Origin: Calditrichales bacterium
GTDB taxonomy: Bacteria > Calditrichota > Calditrichia > Calditrichales > J004
Reading direction: 5' to 3'
NCBI GenBank assembly: GCA_965267575.1
Contig: OZ254086.1
Coordinates: 3,328,001 to 3,392,000 of the forward strand
Length of the DNA stretch: 64,000 bases
Part shown: one piece after another, positions 30,458 through 41,961 of the stretch
Layout: each line of letters begins with the position of its first letter
Numbering within the stretch: the first letter of the stretch is position 1
The notes under the pieces: generated by a model
What the model was told of the DNA's origin: nothing
Databases searched by the model: none
The model's input: the letters and a program-made list of their open reading frames with translations, nothing else
Translations under genes and position numbers: made by a program

Positions 30458-31414
30458 ATGCGCATTTTGGTAAGTGGCGGTGCAGGATTTATTGGATCTC
30501 ATTTGTGTGACAAGCTCATTGCCCAGGGGCATGAAGTCATCTGCGTTGATAATTTTTTTACCGGTTCTAAGGAAAATGTCCGCCATTTGATGGAACACTG
30601 GAATTTTGAACTTATTCGTCACGACATTACCGAGCCGATTATGCTGGAAGTGGATCAGATTTACCATTTTGCCTGTCCGGCCTCTCCCGTTCATTACCAG
30701 TTCAATCCGGTGAAAACCATTAAGACCAGCGTGATGGGGACAATCAACATGCTCGGTTTGGCCAAAAGGGTGAAAGCACGGGTTTTGCTGGCCTCCACGT
30801 CGGAAATATATGGCGACCCCAAGATTCATCCGCAGAACGAAGAGTACTGGGGCAACGTGAATCCCATCGGCCTGCGCAGCTGTTATGACGAAGGAAAGCG
30901 CGTGGCGGAAACCCTTATGATGGATTACCACCGTCAAAACAGGGTAGACATAAAGATTATCCGAATTTTCAACACCTACGGGCCGCGCATGGCCTTAAAT
31001 GACGGCCGCGTAGTCAGCAATTTTATTATCCAGGCGCTAAAAGGTGAGGATATTACCGTTTATGGAGATGGCAGCCAGACGCGCAGCTTTCAGTATGTGG
31101 ATGACCTGTTGGACGGTTCAATTAAAATGATGAACATGGAATCGTTTATCGGGCCGGTCAATATCGGCAACCCGCACGAATTTACAATCCGCCAGCTTGC
31201 AGAAAAGATTATTGAAATTATCGGATCAAAGTCTAAGATCGTTTACCGCGACCTGCCCAGTGACGACCCAACGCAAAGACAGCCCGATATCACATTGGCC
31301 AGTGAAAAGCTGGGTTGGAATCCCACAGTTGAATTACACGAAGGCCTTAAAAAAACGATCCCCTATTTCTCCCGGAAGCTTTCTGAACAAGGCATAAAGC
31401 AGAGCGACCAATAA
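30458..31414 (+). CDS. UDP-glucuronate decarboxylase (UDP-xylose synthase) family SDR
   Basis: [49 protein letters not shown]. Confidence 0.93.
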   Translation: MRILVSGGAGFIGSHLCDKLIAQGHEVICVDNFFTGSKENVRHLMEHWNFELIRHDITEPIMLEVDQIYHFACPASPVHYQFNPVKTIKTSVMGTINMLGLAKRVKARVLLASTSEIYGDPKIHPQNEEYWGNVNPIGLRSCYDEGKRVAETLMMDYHRQNRVDIKIIRIFNTYGPRMALNDGRVVSNFIIQALKGEDITVYGDGSQTRSFQYVDDLLDGSIKMMNMESFIGPVNIGNPHEFTIRQLAEKIIEIIGSKSKIVYRDLPSDDPTQRQPDITLASEKLGWNPTVELHEGLKKTIPYFSRKLSEQGIKQSDQ

Positions 31415-31484
31415 TACGGCTATATTGAAATCGCGGGCCTTTTTTTGTACATTTTGTGCCTTTTACAGGGAGGAAATCACTTAT

Positions 31485-32237
31485 ATGTCGGGTCATTCCA
31501 AATGGCATTCCATTAAACATAAAAAAGCAAAAGTTGACGCACAACGCGGAAAAATATTTACAAAACTTATAAAAGAAATCACCGTTGCCGCCAGGATGGG
31601 TGGTGGCGACCCTGAAATGAATCCACGCCTGCGTGTGGCCGTAGCAGCTGCCAAAGCCGCTAACATGCCTTCCAAAAATATAGACAATGCCATCAAAAAA
31701 GGTACGGGTGAAATGCCCGGAGTTGTGTATGAGGATATGTCCTATGAAGGATATGGTCCTGCCGGCGTAGCCATTTTTATTGAAGCGGTTACAGATAACA
31801 AAAACAGAACCGTGGCCGACCTCAGGCATTTGCTGGGCAAGTACGGCGGTAATCTGGGTGAAAGCGGCAGTGTGGCCTGGATGTTTGAACGCAAAGGCAT
31901 GATTACGGTACCGCGTAAAAATTACACGGAAGAACAGCTGTTTGAAGTAGCGCTTGAATGCGGTGCAGAAGATATGGAGAGCGAAGAGGAGAGTTATGTT
32001 ATCTATACCGCCTTTGAAGATTTCAACGCGGTAAGAAACGAACTTGAAAACAAAGGCATTCATATTGATGAATCGCGGTTAACGATGATTCCGCAAAATT
32101 ATGTTGACGTCTCCGGATCTGACGCGGAAAAGGTAATGAAGCTCATGGATGTACTGGATGATCATGACGATGTGCAGAACGTATATGCCAACTTCGACAT
32201 CGATGAGAAAGAGATGGAACGGATTTTGGAAGATTAA
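31485..32237 (+). CDS. yebC: YebC/PmpR-family protein
   Basis: [29 protein letters not shown]; start after GGGAGG. Confidence 0.95.
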   Translation: MSGHSKWHSIKHKKAKVDAQRGKIFTKLIKEITVAARMGGGDPEMNPRLRVAVAAAKAANMPSKNIDNAIKKGTGEMPGVVYEDMSYEGYGPAGVAIFIEAVTDNKNRTVADLRHLLGKYGGNLGESGSVAWMFERKGMITVPRKNYTEEQLFEVALECGAEDMESEEESYVIYTAFEDFNAVRNELENKGIHIDESRLTMIPQNYVDVSGSDAEKVMKLMDVLDDHDDVQNVYANFDIDEKEMERILED

Positions 32238-32737
32238 TGACGGCAATACGCATTCTGGGTATTGATCCCGGGCTTAACCGTACCGGGTACGGCGTAATTG
32301 ACGTTGAAGGGGGGAAACCGCGTTTGGTGACCTATGGTGCTGTAAAGACCAGCGCGAAAATGAGTTTGGCTGAGAGGCTCAATCATATTTTTCAATCGTT
32401 AAATACAATTATGATGGAATTTCAACCACAGCAGGTTGCGGTTGAAGATTTGTTTTACGCCGAAAACGTAAAAACAGCTATCGTAATGGGCCACGCCCGC
32501 GGCGCCATTCTTGTGGCGGCTATGCAGCAGGGCGCGAAGATAGGCGAGTTTTCCCCTCGTGAAGTGAAAATGTCTGTTGTGGGTAATGGTGCGGCTGCCA
32601 AAGACCAGGTAAAGTTTATGGTTAGCCGCATGCTCGGTGTTAAGGAAAAAATATCACCGGATGACGCTTCTGATGCACTGGCCGTCGCGCTGTGCCAATG
32701 GCATCGCCTGGAGCAGGTGAAAAAAGGGCTGGCTTAA
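32237..32737 (+). CDS. ruvC: Holliday junction resolvase RuvC
   Basis: ILGIDPG..TGYG, AVEDLF, DDASDALAVA. Confidence 0.95.
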   Translation: MTAIRILGIDPGLNRTGYGVIDVEGGKPRLVTYGAVKTSAKMSLAERLNHIFQSLNTIMMEFQPQQVAVEDLFYAENVKTAIVMGHARGAILVAAMQQGAKIGEFSPREVKMSVVGNGAAAKDQVKFMVSRMLGVKEKISPDDASDALAVALCQWHRLEQVKKGLA

Positions 32738-32742
32738 ATTAG

Positions 32743-33339
32743 ATGTTTGATTATTTCAGCGGCGTTATTCAACAGAAAAAGCCCACAGAGGTTGTTCTTG
32801 ATGTTCAGGGTGTTGGGTATCTTTTGAGGATTTCCTTATCAACATACAGGCAGCTGCCTGACAAAGGCAGTAAGGTAACGCTGAAAAGCTATCTGCATGT
32901 CCGCGAAGACGCGATGCAGCTTTTCGGTTTTTCCGATACGACCGAGCGTGATGTGTTTCTTGGGCTATTGTCCATATCGGGTATCGGGCCAAAGCTGGCA
33001 CAAACCATTTTGTCCGGGCTTACACCGGCAGAGCTGGTTCAGGCCATTCGCCTGAAGGATGAAAAAAAACTGAATGCAATATCGGGGGTTGGTAAAAAGA
33101 CGGCGCAGCGGCTTGTTGTAGAGTTGTCCGATAAATTTGCCACAATAGAAAGCACGCAGGAAGAATTTAAGGCTGTCTCGGCGCCGGTTCTTAATGCCGT
33201 AGAACAGGAAGCTTTGATGGCTCTGCTGACCCTGGGATATAACAGGGGTCAGGCCGAACGGGCCATTGGCAAAGCGCAAAAAAGCGAATCCGTTACGGTT
33301 GTTGAGGATTTATTAAAGAAAGCTCTGCAGGTAATCTGA
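32743..33339 (+). CDS. ruvA: Holliday junction branch migration protein RuvA
   Basis: [32 protein letters not shown]. Confidence 0.95.
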   Translation: MFDYFSGVIQQKKPTEVVLDVQGVGYLLRISLSTYRQLPDKGSKVTLKSYLHVREDAMQLFGFSDTTERDVFLGLLSISGIGPKLAQTILSGLTPAELVQAIRLKDEKKLNAISGVGKKTAQRLVVELSDKFATIESTQEEFKAVSAPVLNAVEQEALMALLTLGYNRGQAERAIGKAQKSESVTVVEDLLKKALQVI

Positions 33340-33340
33340 T

Positions 33341-34363
33341 ATGAATGATATAATCCGTCCTGATCATCAGTTTGAAGATGATGATATTGAGCTGACGCTA
33401 AGGCCGCAGAAACTGGCGGATTTTGTGGGGCAGGAGAAAGTAAAAGACAACCTTGCGGTTTTTATTGAGGCGGCACGGCAGCGCGGTGAAGCATTAGACC
33501 ACGTGCTTTTGTATGGTCCGCCCGGGTTAGGCAAAACAACGCTTTCCAACATTCTCAGCAAGGAGTTGGAGGTTGATATCAAGAGCACGGCGGGTCCCGT
33601 TCTGGAAAGGCCCGGCGATCTGGCAGGATTGCTTACCAACCTGCAGGAAAAGGATGTCTTGTTTATTGACGAAATACACCGGCTTAACAATGTGGTGGAA
33701 GAATATCTTTATTCGGCCATGGAAGATTTTCACATCTCCATTATTATCGATAAGGGGCCCAGCGCGCGCAGCGTTCAATTGAATTTGCCGCCGTTTACGC
33801 TTGTAGGTGCCACTACACGTGCCGGTTTACTGACGGCCCCGATGCGCGCCAGGTTTGGTGTTGTGTTGCGCATGGACTATTACGAAACGAAAGACCTGAT
33901 GCGCATTGTAAAACGGTCGGCACGCATCCTGAATATTGATATTGAGGAAGAAGGGGCCGAGGAGATTGCCAGGCGTTCACGCGGGACACCCCGAATCGCA
34001 AACAGGCTGTTGCGGCGCACACGCGATTTCGCGCAGGTATTGGCAGACAATAAGATCAGCAAAAAGGTGGCCAATGACGCTTTGACCCGTCTGGATGTGG
34101 ACACCCGCGGTCTGGATGAAATGGACAAGCGCATCTTGTTGACGATTATCGAGAAATATGAAGGCGGTCCCGTTGGCTTAAATACGATCGCCGTGGCTGT
34201 AGGTGAGGAGAGTGATACGATTGAAGAGGTTTACGAACCCTACCTGATTCAGCAGGGTTTTATGAAACGTACCTCGCGGGGACGCGCGGTAACCCAGTTG
34301 GCATATGAACATTTTGGTTTAAGAAAAAACAATACGCGGACAGAACAAGGTTCGCTTTTTTAA
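33341..34363 (+). CDS. ruvB: Holliday junction helicase RuvB
   Basis: [39 protein letters not shown]. Confidence 0.97.
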   Translation: MNDIIRPDHQFEDDDIELTLRPQKLADFVGQEKVKDNLAVFIEAARQRGEALDHVLLYGPPGLGKTTLSNILSKELEVDIKSTAGPVLERPGDLAGLLTNLQEKDVLFIDEIHRLNNVVEEYLYSAMEDFHISIIIDKGPSARSVQLNLPPFTLVGATTRAGLLTAPMRARFGVVLRMDYYETKDLMRIVKRSARILNIDIEEEGAEEIARRSRGTPRIANRLLRRTRDFAQVLADNKISKKVANDALTRLDVDTRGLDEMDKRILLTIIEKYEGGPVGLNTIAVAVGEESDTIEEVYEPYLIQQGFMKRTSRGRAVTQLAYEHFGLRKNNTRTEQGSLF

Positions 34364-34389
34364 TAAATAAGTCGTTGAGGAGTGGTAAT

Positions 34390-35421
34390 ATGAAGCTATC
34401 CGATATTCAATTTGATGTACCTGATGAGCTGGTTGCGCAATATCCTATAGACAAAAGGGATGAGTCGCGTTTGATGGTGGTTGATACAAAAAAAGACCAC
34501 GTTGAGCACAAGGTTTTTAAGGACATCGTAGATTATCTGAATGAGGGTGACGCAATTGTCGTAAACGCGACAAAGGTTTTTCCGGCACGCGTTTTTGGTG
34601 TGAAGGAAAAAACAGACGCTAAAGTTGAACTGTTGTTGCTGCGTCAACTGGAAGAGACCATGTGGGAAGTATTGGTTAAGCCGGCGCGCAAAGTACGTGT
34701 GGGCAACCGTATTCAAATTACAGAAGACCTGGGCTGCGATGTTATTGATAACACGACCTCGGGCGGGCGTGTTGTAAAGTTTGACTACAATGGCGTTAAC
34801 TTCTTTGAACTGATCGAAAAAGTCGGTCAGTCTCCGCTGCCACCGTATATAAAGCGCGAGCCCGAGGAACTGGATAAGAAAAAGTATCAGACCGTTTACG
34901 CTTCCAAAATCGGTGCAGTGGCCGCTCCGACAGCCGGTCTGCACTTTACGGAAGAGCTGCTTCAGAAAATAGAACGCAAAGGCATTAAGGTGATCCCGCT
35001 GGTATTACACGTGGGTCTTGGGACGTTCCGTCCCATACAGGTGGAAGATTTATCTCGCCACCAGATGGATTCGGAATATTATGAAATACCCGAAGAGTCG
35101 GCAGAGCAGATCAATGAAGTGAAGCGCAACGGTGGTCGTGTTATTGCCGTTGGAACAACAACCGTTCGTGCACTTGAGAGCGTTTCTACTGCCGATAATT
35201 TTGTTAAAGCCGACTCCGGCTGGACAGATAAATTTATCTATCCTCCTTACAGCTTTAAGATTATTGATGCTATGATCACTAATTTCCACGTATCCGGTTC
35301 TACGCTGTTTTTACTGACTTGCGCGCTGGCCGGGCGGGATAAAATGATGGAAGCTTACAAAGAGGCAATCGAGAATAAGTACAGATTCCACAGCTATGGC
35401 GACGCCATGCTGATCTATTAG
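34390..35421 (+). CDS. queA: S-adenosylmethionine:tRNA ribosyltransferase-isomerase
   Basis: PLPPYIKR, YQTVYA, AAPTAGLHF, LHVGLGTF, AVGTT, TNFH, SYGDAM. Confidence 0.96.
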   Translation: MKLSDIQFDVPDELVAQYPIDKRDESRLMVVDTKKDHVEHKVFKDIVDYLNEGDAIVVNATKVFPARVFGVKEKTDAKVELLLLRQLEETMWEVLVKPARKVRVGNRIQITEDLGCDVIDNTTSGGRVVKFDYNGVNFFELIEKVGQSPLPPYIKREPEELDKKKYQTVYASKIGAVAAPTAGLHFTEELLQKIERKGIKVIPLVLHVGLGTFRPIQVEDLSRHQMDSEYYEIPEESAEQINEVKRNGGRVIAVGTTTVRALESVSTADNFVKADSGWTDKFIYPPYSFKIIDAMITNFHVSGSTLFLLTCALAGRDKMMEAYKEAIENKYRFHSYGDAMLIY

Positions 35422-35450
35422 AGCGGGAAAGTCCACGGATCAATTAACGG

Positions 35451-36074
35451 ATGCTGGAATATCTTGAATCATTTATAACTCAGGTTGAGCCGTGGATGGC
35501 CTATCTGATACTGTTCATCAGTGCTTTTGTCGAAAACACTTTTCCGCCCATTCCGGGTGACACAGTTACCGTTTTCGGCGCCTATCTAATAACCACCGGT
35601 AAACTTGGCTTTACCGGTGTTTTGTTATCTACCAGCGCCGGCAGTGTTCTGGGATTTATGACCATGTATTTTGCCGGCCGCCTTTTAGGGCGCGATTTTT
35701 TTAACGAAAAGCGGGCCCGTATCTTTAAAGCCCAGCGCATGGATAAGGTAGAACGCTGGTTTCATAAATATGGCTATGGCGTTATATTGGCCAACCGTTT
35801 TCTTAGCGGAACCCGCAGCGTGATATCGCTTTTTGCCGGTATTTTTCATTTACGCTGGTTTATGGTGTTTTTGCTAAGCAGCGTCAGTGCTGTTATCTGG
35901 AACGGATTGCTGATGTGGGCCGGATATGTTCTGGGTGTGAACTGGGAAAATATAACCGAACTTATAAGCCACTATAACCAGGTAGTTATTGCATTAACAT
36001 TGATCCTGGTTGTGGCCTTTTTTATATACAGAAGAAAGAAAAAGAAGAAGAAAAACGAGAATGTCGCAAGTTAG
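35451..36074 (+). CDS. DedA-family membrane protein
   Basis: ENTFPPIPGD, RFLSGTRSVIS, hydrophobic segments. Confidence 0.9.
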   Translation: MLEYLESFITQVEPWMAYLILFISAFVENTFPPIPGDTVTVFGAYLITTGKLGFTGVLLSTSAGSVLGFMTMYFAGRLLGRDFFNEKRARIFKAQRMDKVERWFHKYGYGVILANRFLSGTRSVISLFAGIFHLRWFMVFLLSSVSAVIWNGLLMWAGYVLGVNWENITELISHYNQVVIALTLILVVAFFIYRRKKKKKKNENVAS

Positions 36075-37515
36075 AGTACGATTCGCTCCGAGCCCGACAG
36101 GCTTTGTACATATAGGAAGTTTACGTACGGCGCTTTACAATTATCTCTTTGCGCAAAAAAATAACGGATCTGTTGTTCTTAGGATTGAGGATACGGACCA
36201 GAAGCGTTTTGTTGAAGGTGCGGTGGATAATATTCTGGATGCCATGAACTGGGCCGGGATTGGCTTTGATGAAAGCCTGCGTCATGGAGGAGAGTATGGA
36301 CCTTATGTACAATCTGAACGGACGGAAATTTACAGGCAACATGTACAAATGCTGCTGGAAAAAGGTGACGCATATCCCTGTTTCTGTTCTGCCGCAACGC
36401 TGGATAAAATGCGTGAAGAGCAGATAGCGCGCGGAGAGGATCCCAGGTACGACGGGCGCTGCCGCAACATTCCAAAAGATGAAGCCACCGCACGGATGGC
36501 GAACGAAGAGCATGTGATTCGCCTGAAAATACCAAAAGGGCGCACCGTCGTTCAGGATATAGTCCGCGGCCGGGTTGAATTTGATAACGATTTGCTTGAT
36601 GACCAGGTATTGATGAAAAGCGACGGCTATCCGACGTACCACCTGGCTAATGTTGTGGATGATCATTTGATGCGCATAAGTCATGTTATCCGGGGAGAAG
36701 AGTGGCTTCCCAGTACGCCAAAGCACGTGATCCTGTATAAGAGCTTTGGCTGGGATATACCGCAGTTTGCACACCTGCCGTTACTGCTCAATCCTGATCG
36801 CTCCAAACTGAGCAAACGCCAGGGAGATGTGGCTGTGGAAGATTATATGCAAAAAGGCTATCTGCCGGAAGCGCTGGTTAATTTTGTAGCGCTGCTGGGC
36901 TGGAATCCCGGTGAAGGAAGCGACCAGGAACTGTTCAGCATGAAGGAACTTGAAGAGCTCTTCTCGCTGGAGCGGGTGAGCAAAGCCGGAGCCGTTTTTG
37001 ACATGAATAAGCTGGACTGGATGAATGGCCACTATCTGCGTGAGTTGCCGCGTGAGCGTCAACTTAAACTGCTTGAGCCGGTTTTTCAAAAAAGCGGAAT
37101 TGATACATCGGATGCAGCTAAAACGGAAAAAATCGTGGAGGCAGTTATACCGCGCATCAACAAAATAAGCGATGCGCCTTTAGTGGCTGCTATATTTGCC
37201 AGCGATGACCTTGAAGTGCAGGAAGATGATGCCCTGGAAATTTTGAAACAGGAGAGCACGCGTACCGTGTTGTCCGAATTTGTCAGCCGGGCAGGTCAGC
37301 TTTCCGAGCTTACGCCGGACTCTTTTAAGGATGTTATGAAAAGCATTCAAAAAGAGAAAGGCATTAAGGGACCGCAGTTGTGGAAACCGGTGCGCGTGGC
37401 TTTGACAGGCAGTCTTTCGGGGCCTGAATTGCCTCTGGTGATCGATATTTTTGGCAAGGACAAGGCAATAAGTTTTGCCCGGCAGGCACTGGAAAAATAT
37501 GTCGGCCTAGCTTAG
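36061..37515 (+). CDS. gltX: Glutamate--tRNA ligase
   Basis: [38 protein letters not shown]. Confidence 0.96.
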   Translation: MSQVRVRFAPSPTGFVHIGSLRTALYNYLFAQKNNGSVVLRIEDTDQKRFVEGAVDNILDAMNWAGIGFDESLRHGGEYGPYVQSERTEIYRQHVQMLLEKGDAYPCFCSAATLDKMREEQIARGEDPRYDGRCRNIPKDEATARMANEEHVIRLKIPKGRTVVQDIVRGRVEFDNDLLDDQVLMKSDGYPTYHLANVVDDHLMRISHVIRGEEWLPSTPKHVILYKSFGWDIPQFAHLPLLLNPDRSKLSKRQGDVAVEDYMQKGYLPEALVNFVALLGWNPGEGSDQELFSMKELEELFSLERVSKAGAVFDMNKLDWMNGHYLRELPRERQLKLLEPVFQKSGIDTSDAAKTEKIVEAVIPRINKISDAPLVAAIFASDDLEVQEDDALEILKQESTRTVLSEFVSRAGQLSELTPDSFKDVMKSIQKEKGIKGPQLWKPVRVALTGSLSGPELPLVIDIFGKDKAISFARQALEKYVGLA

Positions 37516-37541
37516 GACCGAAGAAAACGATCAGGAATAAA

Positions 37542-39230
<1,689 letters not shown>

Positions 39231-39231
39231 T

Positions 39232-40224
39232 ATGAAGATTGCTGTATTGCTGGGTGGAGATTCTCCCGAGCGGGATGTATCGCTGGACAGCGGTAAAAAC
39301 ATACTGGAAGCACTCACAGACAAAGGCTATGAATGTTTCGGATTTGATCCGGGGCTGACAATGGAACAGTTGCTGCAATCGCCCGCTGGCAGGCAGCTCT
39401 CCTCCGCTGAATCTTCTTTTTTCAAAGACTCCCCCGATACTTTTTACGCGCGCATGTTTATCCTGGAAACGCTACAGCCAGATCTGGTTTTTAACGCTCT
39501 GCACGGTGGTAAAGGGGAGAACGGCATCGTTCAGGCACTTCTGGAAACCATGAATCTTAAGTATACGGCTTCCGGTCCGGAAGCGTGCATGCTGTCAATG
39601 GACAAGCTGATCTGCAAGCCGCTGTTTGAACAAGCCCATATCCCGATTGCCCGTTCACGTCAGCTTAAGAACAGGGATTCGATTCAGCAAGATGTACATG
39701 ATTTAGGATTGCCGATCGTAATAAAGCCGGCAGATGGCGGGTCCACACTTGGTTTAACCCTTGTCCGCGATCCGCAGGAACTTGAATCAGCTTTTGATCT
39801 GGCCGCACGCTTCGGGCAAAAGGTAATGGCGGAGAGCTACATACGGGGCCGTGAAATCGCCGCAGGTGTATTAAACGATCAGCCTCTGCCGCTTGTACAT
39901 ATACAGCCCAAGCATGAGCTGTACGACTACGAGTGCAAATACACAAGCGGGATGAGCGCCTACACTGTTCCGGCGGACCTCTCTTCCGGGATCACCGAGA
40001 CCATTCAAAAATATGCCGTAGCTGCTTTCAGATGTCTGGGCTGCGAGGATTATGCCCGGGTGGATTTTCTTTTGGATAATAATGACGTGCCGTTTATCCT
40101 TGAGGTGAATACGCTGCCCGGCATGACAAGTACCAGTCTGCTGCCCAAAGCGGCCAAAGCCATGCATATTTCGTTTGAAGATCTTATCGAACGTATTGTA
40201 AAGGATGCATTGAATAATGTCTGA
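39232..40224 (+). CDS. ddl: D-alanine--D-alanine ligase
   Basis: GGDSPERDVS, ALHGGKGENG, YDYECKY, LEVNTLPGMT. Confidence 0.94.
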   Translation: MKIAVLLGGDSPERDVSLDSGKNILEALTDKGYECFGFDPGLTMEQLLQSPAGRQLSSAESSFFKDSPDTFYARMFILETLQPDLVFNALHGGKGENGIVQALLETMNLKYTASGPEACMLSMDKLICKPLFEQAHIPIARSRQLKNRDSIQQDVHDLGLPIVIKPADGGSTLGLTLVRDPQELESAFDLAARFGQKVMAESYIRGREIAAGVLNDQPLPLVHIQPKHELYDYECKYTSGMSAYTVPADLSSGITETIQKYAVAAFRCLGCEDYARVDFLLDNNDVPFILEVNTLPGMTSTSLLPKAAKAMHISFEDLIERIVKDALNNV

Positions 40225-41689
40225 AATTAAGAAACACAATTTGCATGTATATAACAGCCTGACCCGACAAAAGGAAAAGTTTGAGCCACTGAAAAAGGGT
40301 TTTGTGGGCGTTTATGTATGCGGGCCCACGGTTTATGGCGATTCGCATCTTGGCCACGCCAAAAGCTACATCAGTTTCGATGTCATAGTTCGTTATTTGC
40401 GCTATCTGGGTTACCATGTGCGCTATGTACAAAATATTACCGATGTGGGACATCTGCAGAGTGATGCCGATGAGGGTGAAGATAAAATTGCCGCCCAGGC
40501 CCGTCGCGAAAAGCTGGAACCCATGGAAGTCGTAGAGCGCTATACGCGAAGCTATTTTGAAGATATGGACGCTCTAAGCGTGTTGCGGCCCGACATTTCA
40601 CCGCGTGCATCCGGGCATATCCCCGAACAAATAGCCATGATCGAAGAGTTGATCGAAAAGGGTTTTGCATATGAAGTGAACGGTAATGTCTACTTTTCAG
40701 TTGAGAAGTTTAAAGATTACGGTAAGCTTTCCGGACGTTCTCTGGATGATGTAAAAAGCGGCACACGCGTAGAAGCAGCCTCAGACAAGCATAACGCCGC
40801 CGATTTCGCGCTCTGGAAAAGCGCCGATCCGTCCCATATTATGCGCTGGAAAAGTCCCTGGGGATGGGGTTATCCCGGCTGGCATGTAGAGTGTTCTGTA
40901 ATGTCGACTAAATATCTTGGCGAAACATTTGATATTCACGGCGGCGGAATGGAAAACAAATTTCCGCACCACGAATGTGAAATCGCCCAAAGCGAAGCCA
41001 CCTTTGAAAAGCCCTTTGCCCGCTACTGGCTGCACAATAATATGGTAACGGTAGATGGCGTTAAGATGGGAAAGTCGCTTGGAAATTTTATAACAATTAA
41101 AGATGCGCTGGAGAATCATTCTGCGCTTGCGATCCGCTTTTTTATTCTGAGCAGCCATTATGGCTCAACTCTCGATTTCTCCGAAGAGGCTATTGGCGGT
41201 GCGGCCAAGGGTCTGAAAAAAATACATGAGACGATGAGCAGACTGCGTGATGCTTCAGCGGGAGAAAAAGGAGCGGACAAAGCTTTTGAAGAGGAAATCG
41301 CCACTTATCGTGAAAGCTTTGGCAATGCCATGGATGAAGACTTTAATAGCCCTAAAGCCATTGCCGCGGTTTTTGATTTTGCAAAAAGAATTAATGCCCG
41401 TTTGGATCTGGATGCCGCTATCCCGCAAAATACATATGATAGCCTGATGACCGCCCTCAATGAAACGCTGGGCGATGTTCTTGCTATTTTACCGGGAGAA
41501 GAAAACCAGCAGCAGGGCGGAGCAGATTCGGAGCTGCTTGAGGGTGCTTTAAAGCTGCTGATTGATTTACGCAATAAGGCGCGCAAGGAACGCAACTTCG
41601 CTTTCGCCGACGAAATTCGGGACCGGCTAATTGCTCTGGATGTAGAAATAAAAGATACGCCTCAGGGCACGGAGTGGAAAAGAAAGTAA
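40217..41689 (+). CDS. cysS: Cysteine--tRNA ligase
   Basis: YVCGPTVY..HLGH, DFALWK, PGWHVECS, HGGG..FPHHE, KMGKS. Confidence 0.96.
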   Translation: MSEIKKHNLHVYNSLTRQKEKFEPLKKGFVGVYVCGPTVYGDSHLGHAKSYISFDVIVRYLRYLGYHVRYVQNITDVGHLQSDADEGEDKIAAQARREKLEPMEVVERYTRSYFEDMDALSVLRPDISPRASGHIPEQIAMIEELIEKGFAYEVNGNVYFSVEKFKDYGKLSGRSLDDVKSGTRVEAASDKHNAADFALWKSADPSHIMRWKSPWGWGYPGWHVECSVMSTKYLGETFDIHGGGMENKFPHHECEIAQSEATFEKPFARYWLHNNMVTVDGVKMGKSLGNFITIKDALENHSALAIRFFILSSHYGSTLDFSEEAIGGAAKGLKKIHETMSRLRDASAGEKGADKAFEEEIATYRESFGNAMDEDFNSPKAIAAVFDFAKRINARLDLDAAIPQNTYDSLMTALNETLGDVLAILPGEENQQQGGADSELLEGALKLLIDLRNKARKERNFAFADEIRDRLIALDVEIKDTPQGTEWKRK

Positions 41690-41814
41690 TACCGACGGAT
41701 TGGTTTTTTTTCAACATGATGTGTTGAAAAATTGTACAAGTTATTCTGTCTACAGCAATTAGAAATTTAATCTAAGTGCATTAAAAACAATATCTTGCAC
41801 GAATTCTAAAAAAA

Positions 41815-41831
41815 CTGGCATGCTATATGCA
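41815..41831 (+). promoter_or_regulatory. Putative sigma54 (-24/-12) promoter with no downstream protein gene
   Basis: CTGGCATGCTATATGCA with GG at 41817-18 and GC at 41829-30. IHF-like AAACAATATCTTG at 41785-41797. Confidence 0.7.
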
Positions 41832-41841
41832 ATATCTTGAG

Positions 41842-41961
41842 GTGAGTTAGGTCGTTGGTTGAGAGAGAAAAAATTCAACATCTACTCCTTTAAGAAAGTG
41901 AGTTTAACAAGAGCCTCCATACCTCCCCTCCTTTAAGGAATGAATTTTTTCTCTCTTTTTT
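41842..41961 (+). ncRNA. Putative sigma54-dependent small RNA with an anti-Shine-Dalgarno-rich loop
   Basis: Begins about 12 nt after the -12 element. Perfect 16-bp stem 41862-41877 / 41941-41956 followed by a T-run. Loop contains CTCCTTTAAG twice and CCTCC repeats. No + strand ORF. Confidence 0.55.
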
